64,000 nt of DNA from Octopus vulgaris (taxonomy: Eukaryota): NCBI GenBank assembly GCA_951406725.2, contig OX597814.1:38440001-38504000 (forward strand). The letters run 5' to 3'. Below, in pieces: positions 53,391 through 64,000 of the stretch. The notes under the pieces are model-generated. The model worked only from the letters and a program-made list of their open reading frames with translations, made no database searches and was not told the origin of the DNA. Made by a program: the position numbers and the translations under genes. The number at the start of each line of letters is the position of its first letter. Position 1 is the stretch's first letter.

Positions 53391-53461
53391 TAATAGAAGG
53401 GAATATAAAATTCCAAGGCAACAGGGAAAAACAAAGTCACTTTAGTAGTATCTAATCAAAT
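53245..53461. repeat. ~72-bp near-perfect inverted repeat around a (TA)n spacer
   Basis: TTTGATTAG..CTAAAGTGACTTTGTTTTCCCCTGTTGCCTTGGAATTTTATATTCCCTTCTATTAAT mirrored at 53389-53461. Confidence 0.92.
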
Positions 53462-54184
53462 TTCACGATATATTAAATATATATAGATTTAAGAGACTGA
53501 ATGTTTATTTAATTTTAGTTTAACAGCTAAAATTTCAATTTGCAACGTTATAATATATATCTCTTCTTATCAGTCCTAAAATTATTATTTACGTAAAGAT
53601 TTAAAGTGACACAATTCTAGTAACAGTAAAGTTGTAGTTAACTTTTAACATGGTTTTAGTATAATTTTAGTTTAGAATAATCTTAATTCAAAATTCGTAT
53701 AGTATAAATTTAAAGTTTAATTTTTAGTTTAACATCTAAAATCCCATTTAACTGACATAAATCATATAAATCATATTTTTAATTTCCATAAAAACTAGTA
53801 AATTATATCTGATTAATTATTTATCTAAATAAATTAACCACGGAAATTAATTTTTTCCTTCATACATATATTTTTACAATGTTTATCTATTTTTCATATT
53901 TGTAGTAGTTTTATAATTATTTCCCCTACACTGGATATTTTAAATTGAGGATAGTATTTTCTTTTTTACTGGTATTCAATAATTAAGAATTATCTCCCCT
54001 ACATTGGAAATCATATAAATAGAGGACATAATTTCAGTAGCCATCTTTAATTGGTGGAGTTAACAGGTGCTCATCAATAAGTTCTATTTTTCTTCAATGC
54101 TGTTAAATCTTATCGATTATATATAAATATATAGTTGAATTATATCGTCTATATTTATTTTGTACATTTATTTTATGTTATTGA

Positions 54185-54291
54185 GACCTGAAGAGTGGCT
54201 ATGTATCGTTGGATCGAAGAAATATCAATTTTTGAGAATTTCGATTTTGATATTGTTAATTCGAATACATCGTCACGAAATGCGCGTCGTC
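54185..54291 (+). ncRNA. Type I hammerhead ribozyme candidate (Penelope pLTR-type) with extended stem II
   Basis: Stem I GAC/GTC; core CTGAAGA (54188-54194); stem II GTGGCTATGTAT/ATACATCGTCAC extended by TCGAA/TTCGA and AATATCAA/TTGATATT; GAAA (54277-54280); palindromic loop III GCGC; GTC cleavage triplet (54286-54288). Confidence 0.72.
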
Positions 54292-54433
54292 GATTGAATG
54301 TGAATTTTTTATAGTGTATTTTTAGTATAGCAATTTTAGTACAATATTAACAATAATATATTCAAATTTATATTTTATAGTGGATAATATATTTCATTAT
54401 TGATTGAATTACTTTGTGGAGGTTCAATCTCTT

Positions 54434-54472
<39 letters not shown>

Positions 54473-54569
54473 CGTAGCGAGAGAGAGTGATAGGAGGTAT
54501 GAGAGGCACTCACATTCATAGAGTTGCGCATATAACGTCTGGTAGGTTCACACACCAACACAGTGACAT

Positions 54570-54910
54570 ACTTTTATTTTTTCTCTTATTTGTTTCGGTC
54601 TCTTGAATGCGGCCATGCAGGAGCACCGCATTTAGTCGAATAAATTAACTCTATCGGTCCCTTTGACGAACCACTAAAGGGATTGAAACACACCAACATC
54701 GGTTGTCAGGCGATGGTGGGGTACAGACACAGACACACAAACACACGCTAATATATATACGACGAGCTTGTTTCAGTTTGCCTCTACAAACTCCAGTCAA
54801 AAATATTTGGTCGGCGCGAGTCTAGAAGACACTTGCCCAACTTGCCACGTAGTCAGATTGAACCATGTGGCATGCAGATTATTTACCACAAAGCCACACC
54901 ACCTGTGCCT
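54570..54910 (-). mobile_element. SINE family B copy
   Basis: GCGGCCATGCAGGAGCACCGC, ACACCAACATCGGTTGTCA and TAGAAGACACTTGCCCAA, homologous to 26605-27030. Confidence 0.78.
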
Positions 54911-57329
54911 AACCTCTAAATATATATAAAATATAAGCGCCATTTCAAATGACCTATGGATCATTAACGCCTTTCAAAACTTGATCTGACGCCGAAATAC
55001 ACACGATTCTATATAACATGTATTAGAGAGTTTATATTACGATACTACTACAAACTGTGACTAGAAACAAGATGGTGCTCGTGTTTCTTTTCACAAAACA
55101 TCCTTTATCCTTGATGATGGACCATTTGATGATACGCTGAGTTGTCTATAATCCCTTCCTTAATGTGAAAAATTTATTTCTGTCATTTCTTTTAAATTTT
55201 CCGTTTTCAAATATTTTAGCTCTTTTTAGTGTCCCACTTGGTACCTGCTGCTTAATTATATCCTCATTATTATAAAGTGTGCAAATGTGAGGAACGTTAG
55301 GATTGTTTTTACGTGATCTATCCCACAGAGTCTTACGTGATTGCATTACTAAATTAATTTATTTCATGTTCATTAATGAAAATCTCATTGCGTTTAAAAA
55401 ATTCGTTCCTAAGTTTAATCCTAACCACAATTAAATGAATTGTTCATTTTCGGCTTAATTATTTTGTGTTTCTTTATTTCATCTTTTTTCCTCTAGACAT
55501 TTCTCCCTAACATTTAAACGTTCATGATAGACTTTAACGGAAAAAAGAGAAAAAAAGGAAAGATAATTGACCTTTTAATCATTCAAATTTGTTGCACGCA
55601 TGTGCATTATTTTTCAATTCATTACATTTAAATTCCTATAATTTCATAACTTAATAAAATAAATATTGCATATTCTCTATATAATCATACATGCATACAT
55701 ACATACATACATATACATTTCTCTCTCTCGCTCACTACATATACATACATACAGACATACTTATATATAAGCTGGTGCGTTTGTGTGCTTGTTCGTGGTG
55801 TAGATGTATATGCTACTTTAAGAATTATACAACATAACATAATGAACAATTGTTTCAGATAATCTTAGACATTGACTGAAAATTTTAATCAATATTCTAA
55901 TGTTTTATATGCATTTACTGAATTCCGTTCTCACAGTTTCTTCAATGTTTCCTTTATATTGCAGTGCGTACTACCTGTAGTATTACAGTTTGTAAATCTA
56001 TGGCATTTGGATAAAATGATTATAGTTTGTTCTCTTTGCGGAAATACAAGTGCTGCTGCAACCATAATTATAAGTGAATGGTTTTAGCAATTCTCAGACT
56101 CTGTATCTGTATGTGTGTGAGTACGTGTGTGTGTTTGTGTATGTGTGTGTGTATATGTGTGAGTGTTTTTGTGTGTGTTTGTATGCGTGTTAGAGTGTGT
56201 GTCTGTGCGTTTGTGCGCTGTTGTCTATGTGCAGTACAATATAAATATCCAATAAAATTTGAAACCATAAATGCCAGTTGTAGATAAGATGATGTTTCAT
56301 TATAAACTGCGAGACAGACAAAAAAAAAAAAAGAAGACAGACAAGGGAAGGTATTGTCTTTTATAAAGAAGAGGGTATTAAGGAGAAAAATTTGCCAAGA
56401 AATTTCAGAAACATTCTTAAGAGACTGATAGAGAGAATAAAAAGAAAAGTGTTGTCACGTATGTGTGTCCGTGTATCAACGTGCATATATATATAAGAGG
56501 GAGAAGAAATACAGAGGGGAAATATGTGTACGTAGTAAAGAATATAGATTGAGAGAGCAAAATAAATAAGTAGATAGTATCATTGCTTTCTACTGACATG
56601 GAAAGTGAAAACAAGAAGGAGTGGAAGAGGGACAATGATTAAGAGTGAGAGCTAACAAAAATAGTGAAAGACGCTAACAAGTGTACTATTAGGTCAAATC
56701 AATAAATTTGTCAGACAATAAATATTGATGTTCATTTTGTGAACATTTAGCGAAAATTGTATATTTTTAACTACTGGCAATTATTTAAACAAAACAACAT
56801 ATTTAAATTTTATTTGCCCTCTTGTTTTCATCACTTCTTTCAATAAGATAATGATCGGTGAACCTATACATATTGTCAAATAATTTACATACTAGAAACG
56901 TTGCTTAAAATTATAATTAACAAAATTTTACTTCCATTGCATAATTAGCCTGTTTGCCATTTTCGATATTAATTTTCTGAGACAAGGTTATTTGACCTTC
57001 ATATATCCTCTCCTTTCATTTATATTACAAACAAGTAAACTTTGTACATCCATTTTGGTATTCCCAAATATACACGTGTATTTTAAGTCTTTTTTTTATC
57101 TCCTGCATCTTATCATTCAATCACGAAAATAGATATGCACTGAGATACACTATTTATAATAAGTTTTCAGTTGTACTGAGTACATAAATATGTCAACTGA
57201 ATTGGGGAGTTAAAACTGATTTTAGGACATGGTTTTGAAATGTTTGATCTAATATTCTAACATTAATAAACGCACCTAAAAATTATACATGTAAACTCAC
57301 TCAACGCATCTGTCTCAATACTCTAATCA

Positions 57330-58120
57330 GACATTAAAAAGAACTCCAACATTCAATGAACAAATTTGGTATGTGCTACCATAGGTTTTATAGCAAAAAT
57401 CAAGAAAACAAAATCCTAGTATTGTCGGATCCAAATGCCAACTTACTAATCAAACGAGTCTACAACAACAATGATCTGAACTTAACAAAACATTATGGTC
57501 TGTGAGCGTGTTGTCCTTTCAACATTGCTGTATGACTGCAAAATCTGGACTATATATCGCTCCAACAATTACGAATTAGAACGCGTTCATTAGCAAAAGC
57601 GTTGTTCAATCCTGAATATCAAATGGGAAAACTACGTGACAAAGACCATATTCCTGGAAAGATCGACAGTCAAGGCATGTAATCGCTGATCATTAAACAA
57701 CGTTTTTAATGGTCAGCACGTGTATTATGAATGGAAGAGTCAAGGTTCCCGCGTGAAGTCTTATTCAGCCTTCTCTCTTCAGAAAAAAGACCACAGATTT
57801 GCCCTCTTTAAAGATCCAATTCCATCTCAAAATAACATTGAAGGCCACCGGACTTGAACCTAAATAGTTTGAAACCCAAGCCAAATGTCCAAGACCTCAC
57901 CAACTGCCGGTGTTCCACCAAAATCAAAACAAATATCTTCGAATCTACTAGAAGAGAAAAGGAAGAAATCAAACAAGAATCAATGGCTCCACAAAATCAA
58001 CTTCGTCCTCTCCAAGCATTACTCTGTAGCCAATGCAATTAACTTTCCCAGGAGAAATTGGTATACTTAGTGAACAAAAACCATTACCGTAAAGGAAGCG
58101 ATCAGGAAAGAAATTAAAAC
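57330..58120 (+). mobile_element. RTE-clade LINE 3' remnant
   Basis: KRVYNNNDL..LSTLLYDCKIWTIYR..LERVH..SILNIKWENYVT..MEESRFPREVLFS and a terminal CSQCN, the typical post-RT region of RTE/BovB elements. Degraded. Confidence 0.75.
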
Positions 58121-58599
58121 CTTGGACACGAGATAAAACGACAACACAAACACACACATAAGCACACATGCACACACATGCATATAGATCAAATTCTAGA
58201 GAATCTATAATTAAACATGTTCATACCATTTGTTATGTACAGACATTTCATTATTGTGGTTATTTACAAACACTGCATTTGATATTTGAAGATAATTTGG
58301 ATGCTCAGTAACCAGAGATCATACAAATTTTGGAAAGAAAACTTTAAGGGTGGCTGTGAATTTCGAGTTTATTCCGAGTCAACTTACTGTGGGTTATTGA
58401 CGTTTCCTTTTCTGTTTATACAATTTTTTACTGTTGATCTGATAGCAGTTCTACGTGGACTAAGTTTATTCCTTTCAGAGTGAACCTTCATTTTCTCCTG
58501 ATATTGTGAGCCAGTTCATAATATAAAATAAAGAATTTGCTCACAGATTACTTACACCCACCAATCTATCGAGACCTTTGGGTTGGATGCCAGATTCAT

Positions 58600-60950
58600 T
58601 AGAGTTTATCCATCGTTTTATGATGGATAAACTGGCATACGTCGTAGCATTATAAATATGAGTTTCCAAATGTAAATTGTAGGATATGCTTGGTGGTACG
58701 TAGTAAATAAATGTCAATAACAGAAATAAACAGAGAATAAGGAATGAAATTGGAAGAACTCAAAAACGGGTCGTTAAACTGGGGATAGAATTCGGTAGAG
58801 TGGAAGTGAAATGAACAAGATTCTGTTACGAGAAGGATGATGGTAAGGGCAATGCGGAAGTATAATTTAAACGGGGATATGATTGCAATAAAGAATAGAA
58901 TGTTATTAGTTCTTATGTTGAAATATAGGAAGTTTAGGTAACGAGATAATATTTCCTAGAAATTATACTTGCACTTGGAAATTACGCCAGAGAATCCATT
59001 GAGGGGGTAGATATCGTTCTGGCGTGGTATACTGATTGACAACGTAATTTATATGGTAGTGTGATCCCCGTGTAGGGAGCTCTACCAGAGATATTGCACC
59101 TGGACAGAATATAGCGTATGACAATTTCCTTTTTGAGATGGATATGTGTGGTGAGGGAGCTAAATATTTCCTAGTACTAATTATCCGTGACGCGTAAGAT
59201 AACGACATTTATAATCAATCGTACTACCAATATAAGCTGCAACATGTAGTTGGTCCATGTGCTAGTAACGCTACAGTTATAAACAACAAAGTAGTATAAC
59301 CAATTGCACTTCGAAGAGAAGCACCTTGAACATCGTAATGTGTGTTGCAGATGGTATCATATTTAACGCATGCGGATCATTAAATTTAGTATGATTGTTG
59401 TCTTATGACTACAGACAGGAATACTAACATCATTCCTATGAAGATGGGACAATTTGGCAAAATTAGCCAGAGAGAAATCAAACGTATTGCTATTACTGAT
59501 ACTGATGTCAATTTTATTCTCGCTGGGATAATGATAATTATATTACTGGCTTCAACATTAACATCATCAATAAAAACATCAACCAAATTATAATCGTTTT
59601 TGGTTACAGTAGTATTAGGTTTGGAAATTTTGCATCCAGGTATGCACACATATTAAAGATTTGTACCTCTTTCGGATCTCTTTACTTAAATAATATAATC
59701 TCTGTCAGTAATGCAAATAGTGGACTACATAATGTCAAAATAAGGAAAAGTTAAGTTGGGTTTAAAAAGGGGTGTAATATTTATGAGGAACTAATAGTTA
59801 CAATTTGATCTTCAGACATCGTTTGGGAGTACTGGAAATCGTCTCGGAATATCCGTTAAGTGTTGTTAGGGGAGCGTGATTGTTAAAAATAATATCATTA
59901 GCAGTGAGTTGGGAGATTTTAATTTAAATGATTCGACCATATTGTTTAAAAATTAAGGACAATTAAAGGGATTCATCAAGATATACAGATTTTAAGTCGA
60001 GAATTACAACAAAAACGTTGCCCACATTAGTGCTATTAGGGGAGTTTTTCGGATGTGTTTGATGACGGATTTTAGAAAATAATTCAAGATATCCAAATTG
60101 TGGTAAAAGTTATTGGCTTTGTTAGGGAGACTGTGGAATCACGTGATCCAAAGAAGAGTTTCTCTTTTTTTTTTCTATGGGGTTAATTCTAACATGAACG
60201 CTTTTATTAACATGTATTAAGTCAAATTCAGTGTAACAAACATGTCTAATACTGGGCGTATGAGAAAAATTCGGATGATAGTGTTTCGTAGTGTCATAGT
60301 GGAGTCTTGAAACCACTTACCCCGGTGGTCATAAGTATGTTCAACATAGCTACTATTTAGTTCCTTAATGTGCATATCAAATGAAAGAATGTACAGGTAT
60401 CCAGTTTTATCTGAGAATACTATTATATTTGGAAACTCCATAAAATTAGATATAATCCTTGAGTGTTCCTTCTGGAAAGCATTTATTTACTCTATGCAAC
60501 AAGGCATCGAATATTATTGTTTAAGATAAGACTAACGTTTTTCTGTCTTGCTCACATTCTTATCTTTCTTCCTTGATGCCATCATCTTATGTCTTATTAG
60601 CATTAACCCGACTTTTGTAAACTTAACCTATTCTTCTTTTCCGACTTTTCTTTCTAATTTTTTTTTGCCCTGCATCCAGGACTCCCATTGAACGCATATG
60701 ATTTTAAAACTTGCTCTTCACTATGTTATTTGTTTGAATTTTCCAAAGAAAATTTAGCCCCACAGAGCTATAAATATTACTTAGGCATAATTATATTTTG
60801 GAAACCTCTTCGTATATCACGCTATGTCCACATATATTCAGGAATATTTGATGTTAATAAGCCTCTATGTTTGAAAGAGATATCTTTAGGTAAAATATTT
60901 CATATTATTGCTTCAAATTAGATCTTATCTAAGTTGGTTTGCAAGAACTA
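58600..60950 (-). mobile_element. Long decayed Penelope-like element (RT region)
   Basis: Minus strand, in the expected order: NIIVFSDKTGYLYIL, TTKHYHPNFSHTPSIR (TLKDHKPNF..P..RL-like), NSSLD, LDILNYF, and far downstream FIYYVPPS (IWFNPP-like). Boundaries approximate. Confidence 0.6.
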
Positions 60951-61434
60951 ATTTTGAGAATCTGCTACTAAACAAGGGGCAAATAAAATATACAATTATT
61001 ATAAAAATGGAAGCTAAAATTTCACTCTATTTCATTTCGTGCTAGTGTTTAATTCCTAAATTTCCTGATCTTTCAATTATCTATTCCTGACTTTGCGAAC
61101 AAAACAAGTATCTTTATCAAAAACGCGAACATAAAACACACATACAGACATACATATAGTATTTCACTAGAGTTGCATTAGTCCAGGATAAATAATTTAT
61201 GATTGCATAAATTACGTATATGTACCGTAAATAATCCTTATTGTGACAAGCATAATCCTTATTGTAAACAAGCTTAATTTTAAATGAATATGGTAATCCG
61301 CTTTTAATTAAATGAATCAACAAAGAAGGGAATCATAAAATACCGCCCGGGATCTTTCGCGAGCTATGAAACTTGAGAAATAATTTGTAAATGCATATTT
61401 AAAAAGAAAAACAATAGCAATTCCGTTTGTAAAA

Positions 61435-61486
<52 letters not shown>

Positions 61487-61511
61487 TTTATATATATATA
61501 TATACATACAT

Positions 61512-61578
<67 letters not shown>

Positions 61579-61786
61579 ATATATATACATACATATATAT
61601 ATATATATATACATACATACATACATAATATATATATATATATATATATACATACATACATATATATATATATATAAACATACACACATATATATATACA
61701 TATATATGTATATATATGTACATACATACATATATATATATATATATAAACATACACACATATATATATACATATATATGTATATA

Positions 61787-61861
<75 letters not shown>

Positions 61862-61864
<3 letters not shown>

Positions 61865-62100
61865 GAGTCCCCTTCAGTCATAAATGACCATGGGATTGCT
61901 GTTAGAAAGTTACCCTCCGAGGCAAGGTTATATGTGGAAGGCCAACAGTGATGTCGCACTCACTTCTACAGATGAGTTAACTGGACCAAAGTGAAATAAA
62001 GTGTCTCACTCAAGAACAACATGCAGCTCGGTCCGAGAATCGAACTCACAACCTCACGATCGTAAGCTCGACTCTTTAACCATTGAGTCATGGGTCTTCA
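61862..62100 (-). mobile_element. SINE family C copy
   Basis: Minus strand: TGACTCAATGGTTAAAG..CGATCGTGAGGTTGTGAGTTCGATTCTCGG..TGGTCCAGTTAACTCATCTG, homologous to 47697. Confidence 0.75.
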
Positions 62101-62175
62101 TTTATATGTATATATATATACATACAATTATGTATATATATGTATATATATATATATACATATATGTATATATCG

Positions 62176-62208
<33 letters not shown>

Positions 62209-62229
62209 TATATATACATATATATATAC

Positions 62230-62347
<118 letters not shown>

Positions 62348-64000
62348 TGGCTTTGTCTTATGTAAAACATTAGGAGGATGTAAGAAAATAACAATGTGTA
62401 ATCGTTCTGTTCTGTAAAATATTTTACAACACCAATAATTGAAATGGTTTTTATTGCAATATCAATTTTTAAAAAAAATATCGACATGATACTAAAGATC
62501 TTATCTTCATTTGCAATCTCTGCCCATTTGATATCGTTTTATCACGATAAATCTTTGTGAAATATTTTTTCGAATACGTTTTTGTTTTATTTTCGCCTTA
62601 ATCTTTATTTCCTTTAGTTTTACTGTTATCTGGTTTGACGTATCTTTTTGCCTATCAAGAAGGAGTACCACGTTTATGATTTTCTCTCTCATATACAAAC
62701 TATTTTATTTGTTGAATTCAGAAACCAGTTTATCTAGAGCTATGTGCTAAGTAATATTTATGGCCCCATTACTATTCATAATGTTAGCTCTTATCTATAG
62801 AATTTCATTTATGAAATAAATTGTTTTACTACTCAAATTGAATCTTTAGTATTAATTATTCTCCATATAAGTGGCACTTAACATGGTAAAATGTTGAACA
62901 AATTTTTAAAAAGTCATGTAAAAAACATGGATTACAATGTTGGCCAAATGTGGTTACACTGCAAAAAATCGATTGCAAATAGGAAGAATTTATTAAAAAG
63001 AAATAGGTTTCTGTTAGTGTAGTCTCTCGTCATTGTTATGTTTGTTATTTGTACAAATATCAAATGTTTTAGAAATTACTAAAGATATTACATCTGGATT
63101 GAGAATTAAAACACCGGTTCTCATCAATTTCTAAATCGTAAAAAAAATAAGTTATTTTGAAATTATTCGTATTCTTATGCGTCATTCGTTTTCCTCTTTG
63201 GCTATTCGAAGACAGGGATTACTTCCTAAATCCGTAAAAGGTTCTGAAATTTTCTGAAGGAATATTAAGATATATTTATTGATATTTATTATCTTGGCGT
63301 ATCTGTTATTAAACATTTACAAGGAAATGGTTGGTAGTCGCTTAGTCGTTGAGGCTTCCGAGACTTCACCAGAAAGGCGATGGATTCTAAGGAAGATAAG
63401 AAACCGAAACTTCGAAGTCACTTTCACCACTAACTGTTATAAATACATAGTAAATACGTACAATACTACAAAACCTTTGCGTAATTTTTGGAGAAAGCGT
63501 ATCTCTTACAGATGTTTACCGCAAGTAAGCAGGCTTTAAAAAACTTAACCGCTGTGATATGCAGAATTGTATTTTGATATGATGCTAATTCCCTAGCTAA
63601 CACACACAGACATACACACACACACACACATACACACACACATACACACACACACACACAGAGACACACAGACACACACGCGCGCGCGCGCGCATGTGCG
63701 TATGTGTGATTTCATGTCCTTTTATCTAAAATATGTGCGGTATCTGGAACGCGTATATAAATTCAAATTGCAAGTAATGTTTCCCTTAACTTTTATTTCT
63801 ACGAGATCAAAACTGAATATAAGTCAAATTCTTGTGAGCTAATATACAAACATGCTCTTTCACCTGCGAAAGGTTGTCCTTGATATTTGAAACAAACCTT
63901 TTTCTTCTTCTTTTTTTACCTCTTCTTCTTCTTCTTCTTATCATCATCATTATCATCATCATCATCATTATTATTATTATATGAAAACCCACATTTTATT

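Noticed and set aside
63279-63539. 86-aa ORF with donor-like CAA|GTAAGC
   Set aside because: No recognisable domain and no supporting exons; length is within chance expectation.

Overview
AT-rich, gene-poor animal DNA, most likely cephalopod/Octopus. This is inferred from the tRNA-derived SINE families and the heavy (TA)n/(CA)n/(AAT)n load. No host protein-coding gene, rRNA, bona fide tRNA gene or CRISPR array can be supported. The window is a transposable-element graveyard with these components: (i) one full-length but disrupted DD34D mariner plus three other mariner remnants; (ii) a near full-length APE-RT LINE (Proto2/CR1-like, minus strand) whose ORF1 combines a Myb/SANT-like (trihelix) domain with a tandem CCCH zinc-finger array; (iii) a nearly intact R4/Dong-type RLE LINE inserted into an (AAT)n run; (iv) a Penelope-like remnant ending in a head-to-head inverted pair of 'tRNA-head + hammerhead-like' modules, one arm of which is split by the Dong insertion; (v) further Penelope-like remnants and hammerhead motifs; (vi) a Gypsy integrase with 3' LTR, an RTE LINE 3' end, Helitron fragments, MITEs/palindromes and three SINE families. 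All protein and clade assignments come from manual motif recognition, not database searches.
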